Origin: Candidatus Eiseniibacteriota bacterium
GTDB lineage: Bacteria > Eisenbacteria > RBG-16-71-46
Direction: 5' to 3'
Length of the DNA: 64,000 bases
Assembly: GCA_963725865.1 (NCBI GenBank)
Contig: CAVSAC010000014.1
Location: 389,298 to 453,297 of the forward strand
The notes beneath the pieces were generated by a model, which worked only from the letters and a program-made list of their open reading frames with translations, was not told the DNA's origin and did not search any database. Both the position numbers and the translations under genes were made by a program. Shown piece by piece: positions 45,587 to 55,155 of this stretch; the first letter of the stretch is position 1, and each line of letters begins with the position of its first letter.

Positions 45587-46933
45587 CTAGCGGGTGTGGG
45601 CCGGCTCGCGGCCGACGGCGCGGGCGATGGCGGCGGGCAGCACGCTGCGATCGTGCTCCGCCAGCTCGTAGAGCACGCGCGTCGACGGCTTGCCGATGGT
45701 CAGCACGTGCCCGAGGTCGATCGGTGTCGCGACCAGCACCAGGTCGCACGGCGTCGCGTCGATGGTCGCCTTGAGCTCGGCCACCTGCTTGTCCCCGTAG
45801 CCCATCGCCGGCAGCACCTGCGTGACGTGCGGGTACTTCTCGAACGTGGCCTTGATCGAGCCCCGCGCGTACGGCCGCGGATCCACGATCTCCGCCGCGC
45901 CCAGCTTGCGGGCGGCGACCAGGCCGGCACCATAGCGCATCTCGCCGTGCGTGAGCGTGGGGCCGTCCTCGATCACCAGCACGCGCTTGCCCTTCACCGC
46001 GCCGGGGTCGCTCACGGTGACCGGGGAGTCGGCGCGCAGCACGATCGCGCGCGGATTGAGCGCGCGGACGCTCCGCTCGACCTGCTCGACGTTGGCGGGC
46101 TCGGCGGTGTCGACCTTGTTCAGGATGACCAGGTCGGCCATCCGCACGTTGATCTCGCCGGGGTAGTAGCGCTGCTCGTGACCGGCGCGGTGCGGATCGG
46201 CGACGACGATGTTCAGATCGGGCTGATAGAACGGCGTGTCGTTGTTGCCGCCGTCCCACAGCACCACGTCGGCCTCGGCCTCGGCGGCGCGCAGGATGCG
46301 CTCGTAGTCGACGCCAGCGAACACCACGTTGCCCATCGCGGTGTGCGGCTCGTACTCCTCGCGCTCCTCGATGGTGCACTTCTGGTCGTCCATGTCCTTC
46401 ACCGACGCGAAGCGCTGCACCGCCTGCGCGGCGAGGTCGCCGTACGGCATCGGATGGCGCACGACCGCCACCTTGAGTCCCATCTCGCGCAGGATCTGCG
46501 TGACGCGCCGCGAGGTCTGGCTCTTGCCGCAGCCGGTCCGCACGGCGCCGACCGCGATGACGGGCCTGGTGCTCTTCAGCATCGTCTGCGCCGGGCTGAG
46601 CAGGACGAACTCGCAACCCGCGGCGTTGGCGCGCGAGGCGGCGTGCATGATGTGGTCGTAGGAGACGTCGGAGTAGGCGAACGTCACCACGTTCGCGCGC
46701 AGGTCCCGGATCAGGTCCTCGAGCTGCTCCTCGGGATGGATCGGGATGCCCTGCGGGTACTGCGGGCCGGCGAGCACGGACGGGTACACGCGCCCGGCGA
46801 TGTCGGGGATCTGATTGGCGGTGAAGGCGACCACCTCGACGCCGCTCTGATGCTTCCACCACACGTTGAAGTTGTGGAAGTCGCGGCCTGCCGCACCCAT
46901 GATGATCACGCGCTGCCGTTTCGGCTCGGTCAT
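45587..46933 (-). CDS. P-loop protein of the cyclic 2,3-diphosphoglycerate-synthetase-like family (function in bacteria unknown)
   Basis: RVIIMGAAGRDFHNFN N-terminus. Walker A GAVRTGCGKSQT. 449 aa. Family assignment from memory, not verified. Confidence 0.45.
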   Translation of the reverse strand: MTEPKRQRVIIMGAAGRDFHNFNVWWKHQSGVEVVAFTANQIPDIAGRVYPSVLAGPQYPQGIPIHPEEQLEDLIRDLRANVVTFAYSDVSYDHIMHAASRANAAGCEFVLLSPAQTMLKSTRPVIAVGAVRTGCGKSQTSRRVTQILREMGLKVAVVRHPMPYGDLAAQAVQRFASVKDMDDQKCTIEEREEYEPHTAMGNVVFAGVDYERILRAAEAEADVVLWDGGNNDTPFYQPDLNIVVADPHRAGHEQRYYPGEINVRMADLVILNKVDTAEPANVEQVERSVRALNPRAIVLRADSPVTVSDPGAVKGKRVLVIEDGPTLTHGEMRYGAGLVAARKLGAAEIVDPRPYARGSIKATFEKYPHVTQVLPAMGYGDKQVAELKATIDATPCDLVLVATPIDLGHVLTIGKPSTRVLYELAEHDRSVLPAAIARAVGREPAHTR

Positions 46934-47321
46934 CGGACACCGTCCTTCGAGCGGCCCCTGTGGCTCGTCGATCTCTCTTCGGCCGGGCACCCGCGGCGCA
47001 CTCCGCCTTCCCCGGAGGGCTCGCGACCCGACAGCCGGCTGATCGATCGAGGCATGGGGTCCACTTTGGTTGGCATCCTGCATGCCACCGCCCCCGCGCA
47101 TCAACGTCCCACGCAAGTGCTTGCTCGGCAATGGCACGAGTGACCGCCGGGGCTGCCAGTCCAGCGCTCCCTGACCGCCGGCCCTGACAGGCCGTCAGGC
47201 GCGAGCCGGCCGGCCGCGGTCGCGCCCCACGACGCGCTCAAGTCCGGCGCGGCAGCTGCCGATGCCAGTTGTCCACGCCCCCGTTCCTCGGACTCCCATC
47301 TCCCACCCATCGGAGGACATC

Positions 47322-47897
47322 GTGAAGGCATCACTGCGCCCATTCGTGGTCGCGATCGCGGCCACGTTGGCCCTGGCGTGTACGACGCGCGCCCGGGCCG
47401 CGACTGCCTCGCCGGCTGCGCCGCTGCCCGCGCTCCATGCGGGCGAACCGGCACCGGATTTCAGCTACCGCTCGCACGACTATCGTTGGCTGTCGCTGCA
47501 GGACCTGGTGGAGCAGGGCGACCTGCTGCTGGTGTTCGGCGCCGACGACGCCCTGCTGCTGCGGCTCGAGGACGAGCGCGCGGCGCTCATCACGAGCGGG
47601 GTGCTGCCGGTCGCGGTGCTGGACCGGCGCGACGACGAGGTGTGGAACACCGTGAATCGGCTGCAGCTCGGGTACAGCGTCATGAGCGACCCGAAGCGCA
47701 CCGTGGCCGGGATGTACGGCGCCATCGACTCCGCGAGCGGGAAGACCGGCCGCGCGTGGTTCGTGATCGACCGTGCCGGCAAGGTGCGCGCCAGTGGGCA
47801 CGATGCCCCGCCCGCGTCGACGGGCTGGAGCACGCTCGCCAGCGACGCCCTGCGTCGTCCGGCGGCCGGGCAGGCGCGGAGCGCCAGCGCGCATTGA
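47322..47897 (+). CDS. Secreted thioredoxin-fold (AhpC/TSA-redoxin-like) protein lacking the catalytic cysteine
   Basis: GGAGGA RBS then GTG. Signal peptide, then GEPAPDFSYRSHDYRWLSLQDLVEQGDLLLVFGADD, where the usual F(T/V)CPTE is replaced by GADD. No Cys in the mature protein. Confidence 0.5.
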   Translation: MKASLRPFVVAIAATLALACTTRARAATASPAAPLPALHAGEPAPDFSYRSHDYRWLSLQDLVEQGDLLLVFGADDALLLRLEDERAALITSGVLPVAVLDRRDDEVWNTVNRLQLGYSVMSDPKRTVAGMYGAIDSASGKTGRAWFVIDRAGKVRASGHDAPPASTGWSTLASDALRRPAAGQARSASAH

Positions 47898-47911
47898 CGC
47901 GCGTCCCCGAC

Positions 47912-47948
47912 GACGACGCCCCGGCGGAGGGATCCGCCGGGGCGTCGT
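47912..47948 (+). terminator. Hairpin terminator candidate after the redoxin-like gene
   Basis: GACGACGCCCCGGCGG-aggga-tCCGCCGGGGCGTCGT (15-16 bp stem). Confidence 0.45.
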
Positions 47949-48047
47949 GCATTCCTGCGGGCCGACCGCCCCGCGTCACGCCGCGGTGATGCGCAGCCCC
48001 AGCCTGGGGTCGACGGTGAACAGCGAGCCGACCAGTGGCTCCTTCAG

Positions 48048-48404
48048 GTGTACGGCTCCCGAGGGCGTCTTCTCGAACAGCAGGAACACCGCGGCCTGTG
48101 CGGTGGCGAGTGCGATGCCGATGAACGCCTCGAGCGGCACGCTGCACGCGCGACCACGCAGCCAGGCGAACAGCTCGGCGCCGATGAACGTCATGCCGTG
48201 CAACTCGTCGCGGCCGGCGTCGACGTGACCGTCATCCGCAGCGGGCTCGGCCACGTGCACCTCGACACCACGTTTCTCCAAGCCCAGGCCAACGCCGAGA
48301 CCAAGCGCCGGGCGAGCGATCTCGTCGGCGGTCCCGCGCGATCCGTCCGACCGTCACGGTGGAAGCGCGACCCGGCATTGCTCGCCTGGCTCGACCCGCT
48401 GTGA
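48048..48404 (+). pseudogene. Degraded tyrosine-recombinase (integrase) C-terminal remnant
   Basis: ...AVQLVAAGVDVTVIRSGLGHVHLDTTFLQ resembles the integrase box-II region (LLxxGvDlxxIqxLLGHxsixTTqiYtH), but the catalytic Tyr is absent and the upstream region is out of frame. No start or RBS. Confidence 0.3.
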
Positions 48405-48424
48405 GTTGGGGTCTGACGCCTGAC

Positions 48425-50632
48425 TTAGTGGAGCACGCCCGTCGAGACGGCGAGGCGGATGGTGCGTGGCGCCTGGGGATGCGTATGCACGTCGGCGATA
48501 CCTTGCGGTGGCTCGCCACGAAGGCGAGACGTGTAGTAGTAGTCCACGTCGCTCACGGCACGATCGAGGAGATTGAACACTTCGAGCGCGACGGTCCAAC
48601 GGCCACGCGCGCAGCAGCCGATCCGAGTGTTCAGAATCGTCGATGCGGTGGAGCGCACCGTGTTGTCCTCGATCAGAGGCCGCGGCCCGAAGTACCGCAG
48701 GCGCAGCTCGGCGAACTCGCCCGAGGGTTGCTGGTACTCGATGCCGACCGATGCAACTCCTTCCACGGCGCCCGGGATGCGATCACCGACCGGATCACTG
48801 TCCGTGAAGCGCGCTCGCGAGTACGCCAGATCGGCGTCCATGTGCACGCGGTCGACCAGTCGACACTCACCCGACAGCTCGATGCCGGTTCGACGGCTCG
48901 GACGGCTCGGCTCGCTCGTGGCGGCGTCCCCTTGGAAGACTTGCTCCGAAGCGATGTCGAGCCCCCAGAGCGATGCGCTGGTCGACCAGCGGGATCCACC
49001 TGTGAGGCGCGCACCCACCTCGGCGCCTTTCGTGCGAATGAGCAATGCGCTGCGTTGGATCGGCGGCCCGCCCTGCACCGGGAAATGTTCGGGTGCCGGT
49101 TGAACTCCCTGCGCGGGGCTGCTGCCGCCGGAACTGAAGCGCGCCCCACGCACGTCGTCCGAATGGAAGCCGTACCCGCCGTTCACGAAAAGGTCGAACC
49201 CGCCCCAGGGCCCGAGGATGAGCGAGGCCTTGGGAGACACGATACCGGTGACGTCCGAGCCCGAGAATGATTGATAGCTGGACGTCACGTTGAAGCGATA
49301 GAGATCCGCCCGGGCCCCGAGGATCGTCCGCAGGAAAGACATCAACTGCGCATCGCTCTGCACGAAAGGCGACATGCTTTCCTCGGCGATCTGGTCTTCG
49401 CGAACCGTGGCGAGCCGACGCCGTGCCGCGGTGTGGAAGATCCCCACGCTCGCGATGTTGTCACTGCGGACGTCCACGCCGATCATCTGCCGCACCTCGC
49501 GATCGCGCGACCCGGTGATGCCCACATGCGAGAGATGAATCCCCGACACCACCCGTTGATCGGCCTGCTCGAACTGGTCCCCGTCGAGCGTGTCGTTCAG
49601 GAAGTAGGTGAAGTCCGAGAACAGGTCCAGCCGGTATGCGACGATGTAGGCGCTCGCCTTGGTGATGGACCCCGGCTCGACGTCATGGAACTCGGTCGAG
49701 AGGCTGTAGCGATACGACTGCCCGCCGTCCGTGGGGTCGATCGCGCCGAATCGGGAGACCTCGCCGGAGGCCACGGCCCGCTCCGGAATCTGGTCCGTCG
49801 AGTTCCACCGACCGTCGTAGCCCATCGCGGTGACGCTCAGGCCAAGCTCTGAGGCGCCGTTGTCATAGCGGATTAGCCCGTTGATCTTCCGGTACTCGTC
49901 CTGGTGCACCCACGGACCATCGTTCCGGATCAGCTCGATCGTGCCCAGCGCACTGCCGGATGCCAGCGGTGGCGACACAGCTACCAACGCCCGACGGTAT
50001 CCTTCCCCTCCCAGCGTGAGCGAGACGATCGGGCTCGGCAGCATGTTCCGATAGGAGATATGGGCCGAGCCGGCGCTCGAGAAGTCCCCGTCCTCGACCG
50101 AGTACGTGCCCTTTCGGTACTGAACCTCGCTCACCAGTTCGGGGATGACGAAGTTCAGATCGGTGTAGCCCTGCCCGTGGGCATGCGTGGGCATGTTCAC
50201 CGGCACACCCTCGATCGTCGTCGCGAAGTCGGTGCCGTGGTCGAGGTTGAAGCCGCGCAGGTAGTACTGGTTCGCCTTGCCCTCGCCGCTGTGCTGGCTG
50301 ATGAGCACGCCGGGGATGCTCTCGAGCACATCCCCGGCTCGGAGCAACGGTCGGAGCGCAAGCTGCTTCGGCGTCACGACACCCTGCGACGCGGCCGACC
50401 GCCGTGCGAGCGAGTCCTCGCACGAACCAAACACGTCGATCGGCGGAAGCGCGTACACACGAGTGCTGTCGGGCCCTGTCTGCTTTGCGCGCGTATCACC
50501 CGGCGCACCAGCCACGCTCCCGGCTCGGGCAGCGGGCGCGCTTGCGAGGAGACAGCTGGTCGAGACCGCCAGCAGGACCGCTATGCCCTGACCACAACCG
50601 ATAGGTACGACACGCCGAGGCCCGGTGGTCAC
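48425..50632 (-). CDS. TonB-dependent outer-membrane receptor
   Basis: Signal peptide, plug domain (DVLESIPGVLISQHSGEGKANQYYLRGFN), then a long beta-barrel with alternating hydrophobic pattern. 735 aa. Confidence 0.8.
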   Translation of the reverse strand: MTTGPRRVVPIGCGQGIAVLLAVSTSCLLASAPAARAGSVAGAPGDTRAKQTGPDSTRVYALPPIDVFGSCEDSLARRSAASQGVVTPKQLALRPLLRAGDVLESIPGVLISQHSGEGKANQYYLRGFNLDHGTDFATTIEGVPVNMPTHAHGQGYTDLNFVIPELVSEVQYRKGTYSVEDGDFSSAGSAHISYRNMLPSPIVSLTLGGEGYRRALVAVSPPLASGSALGTIELIRNDGPWVHQDEYRKINGLIRYDNGASELGLSVTAMGYDGRWNSTDQIPERAVASGEVSRFGAIDPTDGGQSYRYSLSTEFHDVEPGSITKASAYIVAYRLDLFSDFTYFLNDTLDGDQFEQADQRVVSGIHLSHVGITGSRDREVRQMIGVDVRSDNIASVGIFHTAARRRLATVREDQIAEESMSPFVQSDAQLMSFLRTILGARADLYRFNVTSSYQSFSGSDVTGIVSPKASLILGPWGGFDLFVNGGYGFHSDDVRGARFSSGGSSPAQGVQPAPEHFPVQGGPPIQRSALLIRTKGAEVGARLTGGSRWSTSASLWGLDIASEQVFQGDAATSEPSRPSRRTGIELSGECRLVDRVHMDADLAYSRARFTDSDPVGDRIPGAVEGVASVGIEYQQPSGEFAELRLRYFGPRPLIEDNTVRSTASTILNTRIGCCARGRWTVALEVFNLLDRAVSDVDYYYTSRLRGEPPQGIADVHTHPQAPRTIRLAVSTGVLH

Positions 50633-50767
50633 GTGATGAACCCTCTTACGCCCAAGGTCCGAATGGTGGCGCGCAACGCCTGGCCCCCGATCGCGGACGG
50701 TGCGTCGGCGCTCAGGGTGACGAAACGAACCTGCCCAGGAGGCTCCCGAGTAAGCCGCCGGACGCGC

Positions 50768-51664
50768 TCATGGATGGACCGTGTCGGCGGCGTTCTCCTC
50801 CGATCCGAACCCCGGCACTTCGGCACGCGTGCCGTTCAGCTTGTCGTCGACGTACTTCATGCGGACCGAGAGCGAGACGATGGCCACCGTCACGCCGAAC
50901 AGGACCACGATGGTGGCTCCCATCGGCCAGTCCCTGAGGTAGGAGAACACCGCGCCCAGGATGGAGACCACGAACGCGATGGCCCAGGCCCAGTAGAGCT
51001 GGACCCGGCCGTGCCGGCCCAGAAGCTTCGAGCAGACCACGGGGACGATCAGATAGGAGAACACCGCCAGCACGCCCGACACCTTCACCGAACTCGTGAC
51101 GACGAGCCCGAACGACGCGTAGAAGAAGAAGTCCCATTTCTTCACCGACAGTCCCATCGCGCGCGCTTTCTTGGGATTCTCGGAACACAGGATGAGCTTG
51201 CGGCGGTTGAAGAACAGGAACGCACCGACGAGCACGTACAGCGTCGCCATGATCGTGATGTCTTTCCACGTCACCCAGCCGAGCGCCTCTCCGCTCAGGG
51301 TCGCGCTGACGTGCTCCGCTCCGTGAGGAGCGTTCGACAGCAGCAGCAACGTGGCCGCCGTCGCCAGCGCGAAGGAGATCCCGATGAACGCCTCCTGCAG
51401 CACCGAGTGTTCGCGGTCCCACAGGAAGCTGAAGAGTGCGGCGCCCAGCAGCGTGAAGCCGAAGGACCAGAAGTACATGCTGGGGTCGTGCGGCTGCGCC
51501 CCCAGCAGGTACGCAACGCTCTGACCCAGCGCGGCGATCTGCGCCAGCGCGAGGTCCACGAAGATCACCCCCCGGGCCAGCACGTGCTGGCCCAGGGCGG
51601 GGTGGATCAGGACGAGAAGCAGGCACGCCAGCAGCGGCAGTGCCATGACCATGAAGAAGTTCAC
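50768..51664 (-). CDS. ABC-3 family metal (Zn/Mn) transporter permease (ZnuB/MntB-like)
   Basis: 8-9 TM helices. Conserved ABC-3 regions (LLGAALFSFLW..., VLAVFSYLIVPVV). 298 aa. Confidence 0.8.
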   Translation of the reverse strand: MNFFMVMALPLLACLLLVLIHPALGQHVLARGVIFVDLALAQIAALGQSVAYLLGAQPHDPSMYFWSFGFTLLGAALFSFLWDREHSVLQEAFIGISFALATAATLLLLSNAPHGAEHVSATLSGEALGWVTWKDITIMATLYVLVGAFLFFNRRKLILCSENPKKARAMGLSVKKWDFFFYASFGLVVTSSVKVSGVLAVFSYLIVPVVCSKLLGRHGRVQLYWAWAIAFVVSILGAVFSYLRDWPMGATIVVLFGVTVAIVSLSVRMKYVDDKLNGTRAEVPGFGSEENAADTVHP

Positions 51665-51673
51665 TTCTGCCCC

Positions 51674-52591
51674 CTATCTTCCGGATAGCGCCTTGGCCAT
51701 CGACGACACCAGGACGTCGAACTTGGTGAAGACGTCGTTCGTTCCGGGCACGCCGCCCACTTCGGTCGCGACCTCCACGGCGGTCCCGCCGGCCCGCTTG
51801 GCCACCTCGTTGCTGGCGTCCGCGCTGTAGTACGGCTGATACACGATCACCTTGACGCCCGCCTTCTTCATCGCCTCGGCCAGCTCGGTGATGTGTCGCG
51901 GGCTGGGCGGGATGCCGGGCTTGGGCTCGACGGTGCCGAAGAGCTTCAGCCCGAAGCGATCGGCGAAGTAGTCGAAGTTCCGGTGATACGGCACGACCGA
52001 CGCCCCCTTGTACGGCGCCAGCTCCTTCTCCCACTTCGCCAGCGATGCCTCCATCCTTTCGTCGAAGGCCTTGGCGTTCGCGGCGTACTCCGCCGCGTTC
52101 GCAGGGTCCAGCTGAGAGAAGACGTCCGCCAGGTGGTTGGCCACCACCTCGAGGTTCTTCGGATCGGCGTAGTAGTGCGGATTCCCGAGCGGGTGGATGT
52201 CCCCCTCCGCCCGGCTGACCGTGCCCACCGGCTTCTCGAGCACGTCGATCCCTTGTGAGGCGTCCACGAAGCCCTTTGTGCCCGGCTGGATCTTGGGATT
52301 GCGGCTGCCGGGAAGGACCAGCGGCAGCCAACCGCCGTCCAGTTCCAGGCCGGTCGACACGAACACGTTCGCGTTCTGGATCGCCTTCATCAGGCTGGGC
52401 TTCGCCGGAACAAAGTGCGGATCCTCGTACCCCCGGCAGAGGCTCTGGGCCGTCACGTGCCTTCCACCCACGAACTGGGCGACGGAAGCGAGATCGGTCA
52501 ACGACGTGGCGACCTTCAGGTCCGCGAGCGCAGGTGCCGCGGCCAGCAGGCCCAGCACCGTTACAACCGCGCAACGAAGCAGCGACTTCAT
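51674..52591 (-). CDS. Metal ABC transporter substrate-binding protein (ZnuA/TroA family)
   Basis: GGAGGA RBS. Signal peptide MKSLLRCAVVTVLGLLAAAPALA. Metal-binding His residues (DPHFV..., HPLGNPHYY). 305 aa. Confidence 0.8.
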   Translation of the reverse strand: MKSLLRCAVVTVLGLLAAAPALADLKVATSLTDLASVAQFVGGRHVTAQSLCRGYEDPHFVPAKPSLMKAIQNANVFVSTGLELDGGWLPLVLPGSRNPKIQPGTKGFVDASQGIDVLEKPVGTVSRAEGDIHPLGNPHYYADPKNLEVVANHLADVFSQLDPANAAEYAANAKAFDERMEASLAKWEKELAPYKGASVVPYHRNFDYFADRFGLKLFGTVEPKPGIPPSPRHITELAEAMKKAGVKVIVYQPYYSADASNEVAKRAGGTAVEVATEVGGVPGTNDVFTKFDVLVSSMAKALSGR

Positions 52592-52652
52592 GAAGTTCCT
52601 CCGATTCTTGAGTGTCATTGGCAGCACCATCCGTCGTGCGCGGGTCGTCGTC

Positions 52653-53753
52653 TCAGTACGCATGGGCCGGGTGATAACCGATCGTGTAGCTCATCTGGAT
52701 CATGATCCGGTCGTCGCTGGGCTTGATCCCGTTGCCGCCGTCCGCCTGGGCGTGGCTGTACTCGAGTCGGACGAACGAGAACTCCGAAGGCGTCCACGCG
52801 AGGTTGGCCGAGAAGCGGTTCACCTTGCCGGCGATCGGACTGCCGGCGCCGTCGACCAGGAAGTCCGTGAAGCTGTTGCGGGCCTGCTCGGCGCGGATGC
52901 CGGTCCACCAGACCTGTGAAGCGCGATACTGGAACGAGAGGTACCCGCCGTCGCCTTCCCGCGCGTAGTTGCCTTCGGCCGACGAGCCCTTCTGGAGGTA
53001 TTCGCTCTGGAGGATCCATCCGCGCCGGTTCGAGTTCCTCGCAGGGACGTTTCGAAGCGTCACGTCGGCGCCATAGGCCGCATGCCGGGCACCATCAGTT
53101 CCGCGACCCTGCAGGATGGACTGACCGAGCTCCATCGTCGTTGCGTCGTTCACGTCAAACTGGTTCTTGAAGTGCCCCAGGTACGGCACGTTGTCGTGCC
53201 GGGTGGACCCGAAGTCGAGCGGGTGGTCGTCATCGGTGGCGATGGCCTCGTAGACGCCTCCCGTCAGCTCGGAGAACCAGGGCAGTGGCGTGAGCCACGA
53301 GGCTTCCGCACCGGCATCCTTGAACCCTTCCCCGCCGATGGTGTTTTCCATGACGATCGGACCCTGGATGAACGGAAACGCGTGGGTGTGGAGCAGCCCG
53401 TGCTTTCCGAACGTGCCGCGGATCTTCCCGAGCTTCAGCTGGATGCCGGGGATGTTGGTGCTGCGGACCCAGACTTCCTCGGGGTCCACCGTCCCGTCCC
53501 CCACGAAGACGATGTTGCTCACGAAGGTCCAGTACGGATCCACAACGGAGATGAGGCTGATCTCCGCCTCGTCGAAATGCAGCCCGTAGGGTTGGTTGAT
53601 GTTGCGGGCGGCCTGCCCGGAGAAGAGGGCGTTCATCCCCATCGCCGGGTTTGCCAGGTTCGAAAACATCGATGACGTCTGGGCAGTCGCGAGCGCTGGA
53701 ACGCAGGCCAGCACGACGACCAGGCAGGCAAGCATGCGAAGTCTCATGCGCAC
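52653..53753 (-). CDS. Outer-membrane beta-barrel (porin-like) protein, probably metal-regulated
   Basis: Signal peptide MRMRLRMLACLVVVLACVPALATA. Alternating amphipathic strands. C-terminal aromatic (…HPAHAY). 366 aa. Confidence 0.55.
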   Translation of the reverse strand: MRMRLRMLACLVVVLACVPALATAQTSSMFSNLANPAMGMNALFSGQAARNINQPYGLHFDEAEISLISVVDPYWTFVSNIVFVGDGTVDPEEVWVRSTNIPGIQLKLGKIRGTFGKHGLLHTHAFPFIQGPIVMENTIGGEGFKDAGAEASWLTPLPWFSELTGGVYEAIATDDDHPLDFGSTRHDNVPYLGHFKNQFDVNDATTMELGQSILQGRGTDGARHAAYGADVTLRNVPARNSNRRGWILQSEYLQKGSSAEGNYAREGDGGYLSFQYRASQVWWTGIRAEQARNSFTDFLVDGAGSPIAGKVNRFSANLAWTPSEFSFVRLEYSHAQADGGNGIKPSDDRIMIQMSYTIGYHPAHAY

Positions 53754-54256
53754 TGTTCCTCCTGAGAGTAGGAAGGACGAAGCGGTCCCGCTGCGTCCTG
53801 GATTCCGTTCACGGTCATGCGAAGGAAGGCCGGGGAGATCTCGGGCATTGACGCCGAGTTCCCCAGCCTTCTTGAGATAATGTGCTGCTGCTCATAATGC
53901 GTGGGATTCAGCTTGCCGAACCCCACGCGGTACTTGCCGCCCTTGAGCGCGAGGCTGGCCGGCAGGCCGCGGTTCATCTGGAAGAATCCCTCTTCGAGCG
54001 TCATCCCGTCGGCGCCGAGCGAGCCGACGAACGTCCCCCGCGCGTACGGATTCAGCGCGGCGTCGAACACGAACTCGGTCTCGCCGGCGTCGAGCGTCGC
54101 GCGCTTGCTCGCCGGGTCGCCGGCGGCGTCGGTCCAGCGCGCGAGTGGCTGGCCGATCACCGAGATGTCGGGGTTGACCACGCCGGCGCGCGCGGTCGCG
54201 GCGAGCGCCGCGCCCAGCGCCATCGTGGCGATGAGTCTGAACAGTCGTCGAAGCAT
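53744..54256 (-). pseudogene. Truncated paralog of the adjacent outer-membrane beta-barrel gene (only the N-terminal ~130 residues are homologous)
   Basis: Signal peptide MLRRLFRLIATMALGAALAATARA. Region ...GKYRVGFGKLNPTHYEQQH aligns with the downstream protein's ...GKIRGTFGKHGLLHTHAFPF. The reading frame runs 10 nt into the next gene's start. Confidence 0.4.
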
Positions 54257-54366
54257 GGAGCCGCCTCCGTCGGAAACGGATGTCGGACCGCCGGCGTCGC
54301 CCGGTGGGGGACGCGCGGAGTCGTGAACGCGGAGTGGAGACCGCGGCGCGGGCCGCGGCGGAGCGT

Positions 54367-54693
54367 TCAGCCGCGCGGAGGCGCGCGCGGGTCGCCGCAC
54401 ACGCGCGTCGCGGAGACGGGCGCGAGCGCGGCGGGCGCGAACAGCGGGGACGGCGTGAACGGGGCCGGCGGAGTCGCGGTGATCGTGCTCGCCACCACGG
54501 CCGCGCCGTGGAGCGCGGCGCACGCCACGCACGGGTGCGCGGCCGGGCCGTGGCCCTCGCCACAATCGGGATCGGTGAGGTGATGCCACAGGTGCGCGGC
54601 GCCGCCGAGCACCAGCACCGCGATCAGCAGCAGCGCGGACGCGCGACGGGCGGGCCGGCGAGGAGGCGTGGGGTGGAGGGTCTCACGGTCCAT
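54367..54693 (-). CDS. Small membrane-anchored Cys/His-containing protein (DUF2946-like?)
   Basis: TM (ALLLIAVLVLGGAAHLW) then HHLTDPDCGEGHGPAAHPCVACAALHG. The family assignment is a guess based on size, the Cys/His pattern and adjacency to a TonB receptor. Confidence 0.3.
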   Translation of the reverse strand: MDRETLHPTPPRRPARRASALLLIAVLVLGGAAHLWHHLTDPDCGEGHGPAAHPCVACAALHGAAVVASTITATPPAPFTPSPLFAPAALAPVSATRVCGDPRAPPRG

Positions 54694-55155
54694 GGGAGGC
54701 GGGATTCTTCCACGAAGCGACCGGGCGCGGCAAGACCCAAGCGGCACCCAAGCGGCACGGCCGCGACGATGTCCAGACGATGTGTGCCCGGTGGTGCTTC
54801 GCCCCCGATGGGTCGCCGGGTCGTCGGCCGCGCGTGGCTGAAGCCGCGTGCAAGCGCTGCCGATGACCCTCGGAGCGGACCCCCTCCCGTTTGTCGGTGC
54901 CCGACGGGCGCTGATACGATGCGCTCACCCCCCACGGAGGGGACGTGTACCACCGTGGTTCCACACGCGCGGACGCCGCTCGTCGCGGTACTCCGCAGGA
55001 CCTTCGCGCCGTCGCGATGTCGGCGCGCATCGGCTCCTTCGCATCCTCCCCGACCATCCATCCCATCCCGGCCTCGCATCGATCCGGCGCCGCTCCGTGT
55101 CCTGCCGGCGGCGGTTGCGCGCAGTTCGATCGTGCGATGGTCCCGGAGATCTCCC

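Noticed and set aside
50629-50767. Gap between TonB receptor and permease, considered as the site of a missing ABC ATPase gene
   Set aside because: Only ~136 bp, too short for any ATPase. Absence of the ATPase is reported as a finding instead.
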